63,784 nucleotides of DNA, filler included, from Octopus bimaculoides (GCF_001194135.2; 4 parts of 4 records of this genome joined end to end with filler, not necessarily neighbours in it), one strand, 5' to 3'; shown: positions 35,631 to 49,022, counted from the whole stretch's first letter. Program-made: numbers and translations. The notes: generated from the letters alone by a model not told the origin.

Positions 35631-37164
35631 GTGCAGTTCACAGAACCATTGCAAGTGAGAAGTGAAGAAAAGAAAGATACTGAAAATTTAGTGGAGTTCC
35701 TTTTGACAAGGACAAATAGGAAAGTTTGTGAGTTTTGCAAAACCTGGAAGCATTTTTCAGTTTGGATAGTGATCTTGCAAGATAAATACTGCTCAAATTT
35801 GGGGAAAGGGTTACTTTCCAAGCATTGTAGCTTTTGTTTTTTATGTAGACTTATGATTAAGATAATGTGTATATTCACTCATGTTTGTGTGTCTGTTATA
35901 AGGAGAGGTAAATTTCCCTCTCTGCCCATCCCTAGACAACCTTTCAGTGTTTCAGTGAAATACAGACATGGCAGGTAACTTGCCTTTTAGCTTTTTATAA
36001 AAATTGTTTTCTTTTTCATCATGGCTACCCCATACCTGCTAGTATATATTGATGTAGCTGTATTGTCAAACAGTAACTCTATTTGTGTATATTGTACACA
36101 TACACGTATTTTTTATGCTACTTTTATCTGACAATTAATTTACCATCATTGTTAGTTAATATTTTTGCTTTCTGTACTTGATATTATTCTTGCTTTCAAA
36201 TTTGGGAGAACATTTCCCCCCCCCCCCTTCTAGCTTGTATACTTTTGGAGAAAGAATTACAAGGTAGCTGCAGGTGGAATGTCTATATCACAGTTGGGGA
36301 TGGGGGTCTGAACAAAAATTTTCTGTCAAAAGAAAAAAGAACAAAACAATCCAGTTTTTATTCTGCTTGATATTGGTGGCATGATATAATGTACTTAGTC
36401 CATGCCATAAAACGATTGATGTTAGGAAGGGCATCCAGATATATGCTATACACAACAAAGGTTGGCACATTTTGTTGCAGGTGTGTGCCAAATGATGTAG
36501 AATCATGACAGATGGCAAGATACTTTGATATCTCTTTAACCCTTACCAATGTAGAAACAAAACAAATGTAAAATGATGACAATGATTACAAAAACAATTT
36601 CTCCCTTTCTTTCTCTCTCATTCAGATAGTGAAACTTGGTCTTTTCAATGCAATCTGTTAACTGATTAACCATTAGAAACAGAATATCAACTATACTGGT
36701 TCTTGTTTATGTTACAGGAATTGAAATTTAAAAAAGAAAATAACTCAGTTGTTCTCTTTATGGTTTATATAACTCTAAAACTATTTTAGAACAGAATTAG
36801 AAATAATTTCTCATAGAATTCAGCAAATAATTTTATGTAACTGACAGTTGCTACTTTCTTTCAATAAATAAAATGTCTAAACTTTAAACAAGATTGTTTT
36901 GTGAGGAGATGAGAATTCTGACATTTTGTACATGGTTTTTAATTCTGGTGATTTTATTAACTGTTGTTAAAACTCTGTAGCATATCCAGTACATTATTGA
37001 CAAGCAAAAAAAAAAAAGTGAATCACTTTAATAAGAAGTTTGTGCCTGGTGACTATGGCAGATCTCCTTGATCTGAGGAGACAATTTTGTTAGCTTCAAC
37101 TGTAAATCACCATATTTTATAGTTTCAAGTCTGCTTCTCTTGGCTCAAAGTAAATTGTCAACTG

Positions 37165-37377
37165 TTTAACAGGTCATATCCATCCCAAATATTCTACTTG
37201 TTTTATGTTCAAACTGGGCAAATACTGTCTCTTACACTTGCCATACAATCTTAGACTAAAAGTAAACAATCCCATAATCAAAATCTCAAAGCTACAAGAT
37301 AATGCACGATTAATTCATAACAATGTGAATAAATAAGCTTTACATTTGCCAGACTAATCTGATTGCTAAAGGGTTAA
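37165..37377. mobile_element. piggyBac-type (TTAA) MITE fragment
   Basis: Ends GCTAAAGGG-TTAA (a CCCTTT-type terminus next to TTAA); the other end is not clear. Confidence 0.5.
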
Positions 37378-37498
37378 CCTTAAAGACAGTCAGTCCATAG
37401 CCATTTTTTTTTTTCTCACCAGAGTCAGTGAATGTTACTAGAACTACATTATCCAATGTGTCCCCTGTTTTTTTTTTCTTTTTTTGAAGTGTGTAAAG

Positions 37499-37926
37499 CT
37501 GTGATTTCCAACATGGGGCATACGCCCCACTAGTGGAGCATGAGATCCATATTTTTTTTTTCTATTTTTAAGCCTTTTTGGTTGAGTATGGCTTTAGTAC
37601 TGTTGACAATTTACTTTGAGCCAAGAGAAGCAGACTTGAAATTATAAAATGTGGTGATTTACAGTTGAAGCTAACAAAATTGTCTCTTCAGATCAAGATG
37701 TCATAGTCACCAGGCACAAACTTCTCACTTTTTTTTTGCTTGTCAATAATGTACTTTTTTCTTGAAGGCAATACTTAATAAAAAAATTACCAGTATATTC
37801 TTTTGTATTAAATAATTGTGATAAAATATTAAAAATAAAATTGTTTTTTCCCAACTACTTGTAGGGGATACATTTTTTTGGGAAAGCTATAGTGGGGCCA
37901 GGGGCAAAATAGTTTGGGAAACACTG
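37499..37926 (+). mobile_element. hAT (Charlie-like) MITE; an inverted 96-bp fragment of the same family lies at 37067-37162
   Basis: Ends CTGTGATTTCCAA / TTGGGAAACACTG, TSD GTGTAAAG / GTGTAAGA. The interior encodes KRSRLEIIKCGDLQLKLTK, resembling a hAT transposase C-terminus. Confidence 0.7.
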
Positions 37927-38214
37927 GTGTAAGATGTTATTTGAGAGAGATTTAGCTATTTGCAATAGGGTGAAGAACTACATTGAGATGTCCTTGCCAG
38001 CCTGTTATTTTCTTGTTTTTTGGTTATTTTGTTTTTATGCTGGTGTAAACCATCACTAGATACTTTAGGTCTTCTTTTATGACATTTTCAGTTTTTATGA
38101 GACTTCTTTTTCTTAGTCTTCTGTTAGGATGTCTCTTGGTTGTTCTTTTTGTTAGTCTTTTATGATTCCTCTTGGTATTGTCCCCCTCACCCCACTCCCT
38201 AATACAGTCCCTGT

Positions 38215-38520
38215 ACTCTTTTACTCTTTTACTTGTTTCAGTCATTTGACTGTGGCCATGCTGGAGCACCACCTTTAGTCGAACAAATCGACCCCAGGAC
38301 TTATTCTTTGTAAGCCTAGTACTTATTCTATCGGTCCCTTTTGCTGAACTGCTAAGTTACAGGGACGTAAACACACCAGCATCAGTTGTCAAGCGATGTT
38401 GGGGGGACAAACACAGACACGCAAATATATACACACACATACATATATTCGACGGGCTTCTTTCAGTTTCCGTCTACCAAATCAACTCACAAGGCTTTGG
38501 TCGACCCGAGACTATAGTAG
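38215..38520 (-). mobile_element. SINE family B with CpG decay
   Basis: Family B motifs, with several CpG changed to TpG or CpA. Confidence 0.88.
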
Positions 38521-39486
38521 NNNNNNNNNNNNNNNNNNNNNNNNNNNNNNNNNNNNNNNNNNNNNNNNNNNNNNNNNNNNNNNNNNNNNNNNNNNNNNNN
38601 NNNNNNNNNNNNNNNNNNNNNNNNNNNNNNNNNNNNNNNNNNNNNNNNNNNNNNNNNNNNNNNNNNNNNNNNNNNNNNNNNNNNNNNNNNNNNNNNNNNN
38701 NNNNNNNNNNNNNNNNNNNNNNNNNNNNNNNNNNNNNNNNNNNNNNNNNNNNNNNNNNNNNNNNNNNNNNNNNNNNNNNNNNNNNNNNNNNNNNNNNNNN
38801 NNNNNNNNNNNNNNNNNNNNNNNNNNNNNNNNNNNNNNNNNNNNNNNNNNNNNNNNNNNNNNNNNNNNNNNNNNNNNNNNNNNNNNNNAATAGCAGGTTA
38901 TTGGCCACTGACAATAGTTAGATAAAAACTTGCAGAGGATGTTGTTGGTTTTTTTTTCTTTTTTCTTTTTTCCTCAATCAAATGACAAGTGACATTGAAA
39001 CTGTTGACCCAATGAATACCTTACTAAAACATGTATATAAATGAATCTGTCATCTTGAAAACTACAAAAAAAAAAAAATGTATAAACACAGAAAGTTCAT
39101 GGTAGAAACATTTAGCAGGTGCATGAACAATAAAGCCAGTTTCAGTGGGAACTGGAACTAAAGCAGGAGAGGAGGCAAAGGTGATAAAAAATTAAGGGAA
39201 GGAAAGACAAGCCACCAGTGTGTGAGACTTTACATGGTCTGATCCACTTGCTAAATTTACACCTTCCCAGCTCAAAGAAGGAAATAACACAGATTATATA
39301 GTTCTGTGCAGTTGTGATAGTATGGGATGATCACAGTTGAAATATCCTTAACTCTGTGATATCAACCTGGCCAGGACTGTCCTTGGTTAAATGGCACAAA
39401 ATTTTGTTTTAAAAGAGAACTGAATAAAATTTCCCTAAAAAATTTCGTGCCAATTTATGTTTCAAACATCATCTTAGTAACAAGGT

Positions 39487-39536
<50 letters not shown>

Positions 39537-39709
39537 GACTTTTAGTTTTTTGATAATGTCAGGCACTAGATTGTGAACATACTGGGGTTTTTTTTTTATT
39601 CAATCACAGCCCATGTTTCACTGCCATGTAGCATGGCTGTTCGTACATGTGTCATACTGTCTGCCCTTTATTCTGAGCAAGAGGCCCTTTGTCACCAGTA
39701 GAGGTAAGA

Positions 39710-39745
<36 letters not shown>

Positions 39746-39769
39746 CATACATATATATATGATGATGAT

Positions 39770-39800
<31 letters not shown>

Positions 39801-39998
39801 GTATATATATATGTATATATATGTGTATATATATGTATATATATGTGTATATATATGTATATATATGTGTATATATATGTATATATATATGTATATATAT
39901 GTGTATATATGTGTATATATGTGTAAATATATATGTATATATATATGTATATCTATATGTATGTATATATATGTATTTATTTATTTATGTGTTTCAGC

Positions 39999-40098
39999 NN
40001 NNNNNNNNNNNNNNNNNNNNNNNNNNNNNNNNNNNNNNNNNNTTAATTAATTAANNNNNNNNNNNNNNNNNNNNNNNNNNNNNNNNNNNNNNNNNNNN
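39999..40098. other. Artificial scaffold linker N44-TTAATTAATTAA-N44
   Basis: Same structure as 27542-27641. Confidence 0.95.
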
Positions 40099-40124
40099 TA
40101 TATATATGTATATATGTATATATG

Positions 40125-40164
<40 letters not shown>

Positions 40165-40574
40165 TGTGTGCGTGTCTATATATATGTGCAGATATATGTG
40201 CGTGTGTGTGTGTTTGTTTATGTGTGTGTGTGTACGTGCGCATAAAGGTAAGCTCTAAGGATCAAAGTGTAGGAAGATAGTGAGCTTCAAGCAGTCTGTA
40301 GAAGATATAAAAAAAAGCAACTTTCAGGAACAATAGTGGTTTATTGGTGCAGAAGCTTGTGAATTTTTCACGTATCGAAGTGCGATAAGCTGAAAAAAAA
40401 AGGGGTTATTTTATAGTTCACGGTTAGCAACAAGGCTTGCTGTATATGCGAATGAATATCTGAAAATTAGGGAATGGAATAGATAAAACTCAGGCTACTC
40501 ATTTTTCATACATAGCGGAACCTCGGAATTAGTAATTATCCGAACGAGGGGTGGACCGCAAGCTACCCTTCAGG

Positions 40575-40587
40575 CAATAATAATAAC

Positions 40588-40637
<50 letters not shown>

Positions 40638-40660
40638 TAATAATAATGATAATAATAATG

Positions 40661-40728
<68 letters not shown>

Positions 40729-40960
40729 GACAACAACAACAACAACAACAACAACAATAATTCTTTCCAGCATAGGCACAAGGAGGCCCGAAATTTTGAG
40801 GGAGAGGAATACGTAGTTCGTCTAGTACTTATTTCATCGACCCCGAAAGGATGATAGATAAAGAATAGTTGTAAATTTTGGTCCAAGACCAGCAATTTTA
40901 GAGTGGGAGCAAGTCGATTATATCGGCTCCAGTGTTCAAATGTTACTTTTTCATCGATGA
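40575..40960 (-). mobile_element. Two partial SINE family A copies with a long (TTA)/(TTG) tail
   Basis: Tail TTCTTTCCAGCATAGGCACAAGG... and core TTTCATCGACCCCGAAAGGATGA. Confidence 0.7.
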
Positions 40961-41669
40961 AACAGCCGACAGTAAATAGCTTTTTAAACGCTATCAGTTC
41001 ATCGCGACCATTTTGTTCCCACAGAAAAAATGAGGGTTTACACTGTCGTTGCAAATGGAATTGCTGAACTTCCGCTTCCCCACTTAATCATACAATATAT
41101 ATTTAATAATATTGAATTGTGGCTATCGCATTATTTCGACATCGTTATTTATTTCTGCACCATCACTTGCATTTGTAATTAAGTTGAACCTGTGTTGGCT
41201 GAAGTTCTCCACGGAATTTGCGATATTCGAATCTATTTGAAATTTCGTTCGGTTAATTCTTCTGAGTTTCAATAAAATTCATAACGGACGAACCATTCTG
41301 ATCTGTAGAGCTTCCTCTGAAATATGTAGTTTCTAAATTCCAAAACTGGCACTGATTAAATGGATAAAAGAAATAATAAATCCATTGATATCTTAAGTCT
41401 CTGACCAATTTAAAGGTGACCAAAATATGAAGAAGCTAAGCTGAAATAATTGGATGCTTCCAAGTGGAAAACTGACCGTGATGCTAGATGAGCATTGATT
41501 AATGGAAATCTGCAAATCTTCACTTACGTTGCTATGTTCTTCAGAATGACGAGGTTGGCACACAATATTATTCTTTATACATAAATGTGTAACATTGGGC
41601 TGAAATCAGAAATGATCGTTTTTTTTTTTGTTTTTTTTTTTTAAATTGAGCTTTGAACAGGTAGAATCC

Positions 41670-41860
41670 ATGATGGCAGAATCGTTAGCACACTAGGCAA
41701 AGTACTTAGCGGCATTTCGTCCGTCTTTACGTTCTGAGTTCAAAATTCCACCGAGGCCGATTCTGCTTTTCATTCCTTCGAGGTTGGTGAAATAAATACC
41801 AGTTGAAAACTGGAGTACCCAAAATTTTAGGCCTTGTACCTATAATAGAAAGAATTCTTC
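41670..41860 (+). mobile_element. SINE family A
   Basis: Family A head, core and T2 tail. Confidence 0.85.
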
Positions 41861-43674
41861 TTCTAATCATAATCATCATCATCATCATCACGATCATCAT
41901 TATTATTGAGTGATTCTAGGGTAAAATATTCGAAGCCCAGTATACCCATCATGACTACCCATCTGATAAGGGTACACCAGGTACATGCATCATAACAATA
42001 TGTGCACCACATGGTGATCTCATACCACAATAAACAGCGCATGACCGTGCAGGTGGTGCCCAGTTAGAATTTTCTTCAGGTCTAGTAGCCCATCCTGCTC
42101 AAAAGATCCTTGAATAAGGGTTGTTTTAAGGATGCTGAACGAAACACCCATGTTTCTAGAGGTGAATTATTGAAATTCCAAAGACTTCCTCTCAACATAT
42201 AGCTATGATATTACCCCACTACTTCTACTCGTGATCAGAGATGCACATATCGTCAGTTAACATGGGTAATGCTGAACTGGTCAAGGTCAAACAAGTGACA
42301 GGCAAATCTGTGGTATTGAGCAGAATATTTGATGTAGCCCATCTTTTATACCAAGACAAAACATGTACATGATAACACTTCCAATCAGAATCCATTAGAG
42401 CCAGTGCCTGGTATTGCATTATTATTATTATTAAGACGACAGCAAAGTTCAATGCAAAGTCGAATAATGACCTCGTTAAGGAAACAAGATACTCTTAGGC
42501 ATAAGAAATTTACAAGTACGGAATCCAACCTTTGTGGCAGCTTACACAGCAATGGTCTAAACATATTTGTTCTAAGAAAGACTCTTGGTCAAAGTAAAAC
42601 CAAGAAGTCGGATACTGTAGCATTCTGGAAGATCGACCTCGCAATTGCAATGGAGAGAAGGAATGGCTACCTATAAGATTAAGTGACAAAAGCTTTGTCT
42701 TGCTTTTGCAGTCGAAGCAATCCCTGGTTGAAGTAATTTCACCTCATTTATGCCTCTAATAAATGTGACAAAATCTCATTTGTCATAAAAACTCTCTCCT
42801 GATTACCAGACTGTTTTATGCATTTTAAAAACTATTTCTTTATTGAAACATGTCCCGCTCCTTAAGTCGGTTTACTGGTTTCAGTTTTTAAACGAATGTT
42901 AGTCATACCTCATTTTTGTATAAAACTTTATTCCTTCGTAAAAATTCGATATTTTTTTGTTATTTTGAGTTTTCGTTTACCGAACTACTACCAAGTGAAG
43001 AAACATCCTCCCTCTTTTCTAAACTTTTACAGGAGTGAGAGATACCAAAGTGAGATCAACAACTCATAGCTATCTACTAGTTAGGGCTAGTGGCTATCAA
43101 TTCCGATGACTTTTCTCTATTTTCCGGTTTGAATTTGAAGAAAATGAAATATCAAATAACTAAAACTGAAACAAAGTAGAACCTGCTGACTGAACATGAC
43201 ATCAAATATCTTATAAATTTAAATCTAGCATTTCATCAATTCATATATTTTCAGATTAACAGCTTGCACGCAGTCACCAGATAATATTTTACCATTATTC
43301 TAATGAGTTATAATACTCTCCATTTCAATTATAGCATCATAAGATTCACTATTACTAAGTTGGTCATGGCCTGAAGGGGCATTTGTAGTTCTTCTGCAGA
43401 TGTTATTCATAATGTTCCTTTGAATTGAATTTTGGACCAAATGATCAAGTAATTTTGTATTTGAGACTAAAAATATCATTAAAATTATTTCGTTTAATTT
43501 GTTTTCTGTCGTTATTAATCTTTGTTTTAGTCTTAAGTTGGTTGAGGAGGGAAGAAGGAACCTGTGACTCTTGACTAACCATCAACTACTACACTGATCC
43601 TTGTGAATATCAAATAGGTTCTCAAAAGTAAGAAATTCAGTGCAGAAACATGTGGCTGAGCTAGGTTGGGCTTT

Positions 43675-43870
43675 CAAATTTTGGCACAAGGCCAGTAAAT
43701 TCAGCGCCGGGGGATTAGTCGATTGCATCGACCCCAGTGCTCAACTGGTACTTATCTATCGACCCCGAAAGGGATGAAAGGAAAAGTCAACCTAGTCGGA
43801 ATTTGAACTCAGAACGTAAAGACGGACCATTTTGCCCGGCGTGTTAACGATTTGGCCAGTTTGCTGTCTT
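43675..43870 (-). mobile_element. SINE family A
   Basis: Family A motifs. Confidence 0.85.
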
Positions 43871-44500
43871 AGGTATATATAATACATCAGACATTTCAAT
43901 ATAACTTATTTATATCTAGTCTTATATCCTACCCTTATCTCCAATCTTTATATGAAGTAGACCTATAAGATCGAAAGACTGAGTTTGAACATCTGATAAG
44001 GATTTGAGGAAAAGATATAGGATAATACACCATCTGATAGGATCGCTTTCAAAGACAGTTGTCAAAGATTTTTATTAGTTTTTTTTACTGTGTAGCATCT
44101 GATAGTAAGTCTCCGTTAAGGCATCGCTCTTCCACCTGGGCAGTTTGATAACCAGTGAGACTATGTAACAAACAGTGTAGTCGGAAACAGCATGTCATGA
44201 GATTGTTGTTTCTCTTCAAACTCGGAGGTCTACTCTGAAATGATGCAGCAGAGTCAACTCCGCTAAAAGAACCAAGATTGAGATCTGGGGTATTTATATT
44301 GGACTGTGTCTCAAATTTCTCACGGAAGATAACTGTGGAGCTTTAATATAGTTCCAGTACTGAAGAGATCAGTTTACTGGACTCAGAGTCCATATAGCCT
44401 TGTGCCGGTTGTTTATAATTTGAAGTAACCAAGAATATATTTTGTCTGCCTACTCTGCAAGTAGACAAATTTCATTTCTTAAGACGCTAGCAATTTTTGC

Positions 44501-44558
<58 letters not shown>

Positions 44559-44567
44559 TGTGCGCGT

Positions 44568-44598
<31 letters not shown>

Positions 44599-44788
44599 AG
44601 CGTGTGTGCATTGTGTGTGTATATGTGAGTGAATGTGTGTGTGTGTGTATGTTAGTGAGTGTGTGTGTGTGCGCGTGTGTATATGTGGATGTGTTGGTAT
44701 TTATGTTGGTGTTTGTGTATTTGTGTTTGCATGTATGCGTGTGTATGTTTGCATGTATGAAAGAAAGAGGTTGAGAAAGCGGTTGAGT

Positions 44789-44842
<54 letters not shown>

Positions 44843-45194
44843 GAGAGAGAGAGAAAGGACTAAGGAAGAAATGCTGAAAAATAAACTTGAAATGATCATT
44901 ACCATTCTCTTAATTGATTAATTTGGAACGAAAGTTCATTAATAGGCTTCCGAATTTGATGAAGCTTATAGCGAGCAGTTAATCGATATCCGATTATACA
45001 TAATTTTTCTTTATAAATTACGATTAAAGAAAAAACGGTTCTTGGGCGATTCCGTGTCGCATTTGAAGTCGATGTTAGTTTCTCAGTTAACAGTTCTTGA
45101 ATACTGAAATGTTACACGCATTCAGATGATAGCTATTGCAATCGAACGAGAACATTGTGCATTATAACTTGCATTGATGTCGTTATATCAATAG

Positions 45195-45398
45195 CAAAGG
45201 CGGTGAGCTAGTAGAATGGTTCGCATGCCGGGCAAAATGCTTCGTGGCGTTTCTCTCGGCTATACGTTGGGGGTCGACTTAGCTACTTAGCTTTGCGCCG
45301 AGGTCGAGTTAGCTTTTCATCCTTTCGAGATCTGTAAAATAAGTACTAATTGAGTTGTAATCGAGTAGCCTCCTCCCTGAAAATTTCATGCTTTGTGT
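45195..45398 (+). mobile_element. SINE family A, diverged
   Basis: AAGGCGGTGAGCTAGTAGAA head and core TTTTCATCCTTTCGAG. Confidence 0.7.
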
Positions 45399-45778
45399 CT
45401 AGTGGGGTCAGCTAGAGAGTTCATAGGCTGACCAAGATACTCTTATGGAATGTAACCAAATGAGGTTTATTTGTTTCACATATTCCCATTGCGGCTCACA
45501 CACTTCTTCCACCGGTGTTGCAGTGCTTGAATCTCATTGGTGAACAAGCTTTCATCCTGTTGGTTAAGAATATATAAAAAAAGAAAATCATCAACGGCTG
45601 ATATGACGACATCATAACTGCGATGCTGCTTCTCAGGTAAGTTTGTTTTTCATGTTGGGGGAACAGATAATACTCATATGGGCCAAACGAGGAGAATAGG
45701 GAAGGTGATCAACCAGTCCAAAGCCACAGTCACGCACAACAGCCATCGAAACCAAATACTTCCGTGCTTTCGTCAGAA

Positions 45779-46015
45779 GGCGGCGAGCTGGCAGAAACGT
45801 TAGCACGCCGGGCGAAATGCTTAGCGGTATTTCGTCTGCCGTTACGTTCTGAGTTCAAATTCTGCCGAGGTCGACTTTGCCTTTCATCTTTTCGGAGTCG
45901 ATAAATTAAGTACCAGTTACGCACTGGGGTCGATCTTATCGACTTAATCCCTTTGTCTGTCGTTGTTTGTTCCCTCTATGTTTAGCCCCTAGTGGGCAAT
46001 AAAGAAATAAGACAT
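45779..46015 (+). mobile_element. SINE family A monomer with T1 tail
   Basis: Ends GGGCAATAAAGAAATAAG; CTTTCGTCAG is repeated at 45767-45776 and 46016-46025 (probable TSD). Confidence 0.9.
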
Positions 46016-46810
46016 CTTTCGTCAGTTTTCCTGAGCGTTTGGTCGTGATAGACTGTTGTAGCTGCCTCAGCAAGTCGGCATAGTACTCTCCATTAATGTC
46101 GTGGCCCTTTTAAAGATAGACAATAAACACAATGCCTTTTGCATCCCAAAATCTGAGGCCATCACCTTCCCTGGAACAGGTGAGGAGGGGTGTTTCCACT
46201 GCATAGATTGTCCATCACTCCCTGGCTCAAAGTGATGAGCCCAACACCAATCCTGGGTTGGCAAACGTTCGCGGAAACCAACTGGAGCTGCTTCAAACAA
46301 TGCCAGATTTTCTCGTGATGTGATCAACCTGGTGCTCTTTCGATCAATTGTCAGATGTGGCACCCATCGAGCAGAAACCTTCGCCAGGCCAAGTCCATTG
46401 TGCGGAATATTTTCAACTCTTTCACGAGATTGGTAATAGAATTTGTTATTTGATTTATAGTCAGTCACCTGTTATTCATCGCCATGTGGTGATCACGATC
46501 AATGTTTTCTTCCATAGTTGCAGTTTTAGGACGTCCAGACCTTGGGTTATCTTCAAGATCCTTCTTTTCTCTCCTAAATTCAGCTGCCCACTTTTGCATT
46601 GTTGATATAGCTAGAGCGTCATTTCCTAATGTAGCATGTGAACATGAATGTCCTTGGAGGGCTAAAACATTTTTCTGCAGATATTTGATAACACCACGAT
46701 GACAAATTTTGTCCATTTTCAAGAGAAGTCGTTATTTTGAAGTGTTCTTTGAACAGTTAGATATCAGCTTACCTGGAAAGGAAAAGAAAATAGTTGAAAT
46801 TAATGCATGC

Positions 46811-47274
46811 AATATTTCATAGCTCCTAAGGCGGTGAGCTGGCAGAAACGTTAGCACGCCGGGCGAAATGCTTAGCGGTATTACGTCTGTCTTTACGTTC
46901 TGAGTTCAAATTCCGCCGAGATCGACTTTGCCTTTCATCCTTTTCAGGGTTGATAAATTAAATACCAGTTGCGTACTGGGGTCGATGTAATCGACTTAGT
47001 CCCTTTGTCTGTCCTTGTTTGTCCACTCTGTGTTTAGCCCGTTGTGGGCAATAAAGAAATAAGAAACGTTAGCACGCCGGGCGAAATGCTTAGCGGTATT
47101 ACGTCTGTCTTTACGTTCTGAGTTCAAATTCCGCCGAGATCGACTTTGCCTTTCATCCTTTTCAGGGTCGATAAATTAAATACCAGTTGCGTACTGGGGT
47201 CGATCTAATCGACTGGCCCCTTCCCCAAAATTTCGGGCCTTGTGTCGAGAGTCGAAAAGAATATTTCACAGCTC
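46811..47274 (+). mobile_element. SINE family A dimer (head-X-T1-X-T2) with 15-bp TSD
   Basis: TSD AATATTTCA(T/C)AGCTC at 46811-46825 and 47260-47274; junction at 47062/47063. Confidence 0.92.
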
Positions 47275-48981
47275 TAGTATCACTCCTTTATAGTCAACCT
47301 ATGAACTTTTCAGCCCACCCTGGTATAGTAAAAACAAATATATTATAGCAACTGAAATTGCCTTTTATTCTGTAGAGATATGAAAAGTAATTACTAATTG
47401 AAATGAGATCACATAGTTTTGGATATCGTTAAGATGTCTCTATAAATATAACTTAAATTGAAATTAGTTACTGAATACCATTTGAAAGACAAACGCCAGG
47501 AATTGTTAATGTTCAAAAGGTATATTGAAGTATTTAGATTAATATGAAATAAAGTACAGATTCTATATTATTTTATAAATGTATTCAAGTCAACTTGCTA
47601 AGAATTTCTTCTCGTATGAAGCATATCAGAGTTTCGTCTTAATACATTTGGTGTTAGAATTTTGTGAATTCTCAACGAATTAAAAAAACTGTAGTGATGG
47701 AAATATTCTGCAATCTATTGAAAGAGGGGTCACTAGAACAACATTGGAAACGTTTTTTTTTTGTTTTTTTTTTTGTCTATCTGAAGATTGTACATCAAAC
47801 TAGTTGAGCATACGTAAATCACTTTGAGCAGTCGGTCACGGTCGAATTGGCAGAGGGAATTGAAAATTGTGTAATCCCTAAGAATATTTATAATGCTATT
47901 TGAAACAAAATTTACTATTGTTATAAATCAAAAACAGGCTCATATAAATAGGACCACCAAGAGCTTGCATCCATCTTATGACATTTTGTGGCTTAAATAG
48001 AACTATTTATTAAGAAATCTGCTGCTGATACAGGCAGTATGAAAGATCTAACATTACAATGAAACGGTTTGATGTTTTATATTCACTTTGTTTAAAAAAT
48101 TGTATTCAAGTCATTTACGTTTCTTGTCCATTTTTAATATTAAATCAATGAAGCGACATTCTAGAATTCTTAAATAACTTTTACCTTGGTTTGCTTAATT
48201 TGATGAAAGTATCTGACAAGCTCTCAGTGGTGGTTTAAATATATGTATTTGTAGCGATATAAATGTGTGAAATGAAGTTTTACGGTGAAGAAATAAGACA
48301 CTTTTAGATTTTATGGAAGAAATGGTAGTTTGAGACGTTTTGTATTTCTCGAAAGCGTAACCGACAATAAATAAATAAAGCAATGTAGCTTCAACCGGAA
48401 ATCAAAACTAGTTCACGGACTGTACTTGCTGGGAAACTAACAAAACTAGTAATAAAAAGTTGTAAAGCAATGGACGAATTATATATTCGGGGATTAGTAA
48501 TATTATGTCTTCACACATCCTTATACAATGAAATAAATTAAACTAAAGCAATAACAGCAATGAAAAAGACAGTATAATGAACAATAGAAGCAGTTTTCTG
48601 AAAATACTCAAGCTGTCTTATAATATAACAAATGTATATATATATATTTCTGAAGTCAAAAACGTATAGTAATAAACAAACGCGCAGAAAGCCATACTAA
48701 ATGCACTGAACACATAGACGCACAGGCGAACGGAGAACAAGCACAGATCACAAATTCCTCATCAGTTGTTGGCCGAGGCGTCGAGCGCAATTTCATGCCA
48801 TTATCGATAACATTGCACCGACCCCGGAGGCAACCAGTGAGAGAACTTGCTGGGGAAACGACCAAAACATAACAAAACAAGATGGACATCAAGAAGGAAC
48901 GGGGAAAAAAAAAACGAAATAAACAAACAGAATATGGCCTTAGAGCCAAGCGAAGACAACAACAAAATAATATATATACGA

Positions 48982-49022
<41 letters not shown>

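Larger units (their letters stand above)
45400..47325 (-). mobile_element. Full-length decayed mariner (DD34D) element interrupted by two SINE A insertions
   Basis: TIR at 47298-47325 and a degenerate TIR at 45401-45427. Transposase pieces: MDKICHRGVIKYLQK..PRSGRP, KVSARWVP, HHFEP..QSMQWKHPSSP, GEYYADLL, degenerate HPPYSPDLAP and the C-terminus; frameshifts and deletions. Confidence 0.92.

Noticed and set aside
35451-35978. 175-aa ORF as a host gene
   Set aside because: The first third is the reverse strand of a family C repeat and the rest has no recognisable motif.
38024-38200. Possible RTE C-terminal remnant (VIKEDLK)
   Set aside because: Only one short motif; insufficient.
42404-42676. 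90-aa ORF as a host exon
   Set aside because: No recognisable domain or clear splice signals; the start lies inside a repeat and a TTA tract.
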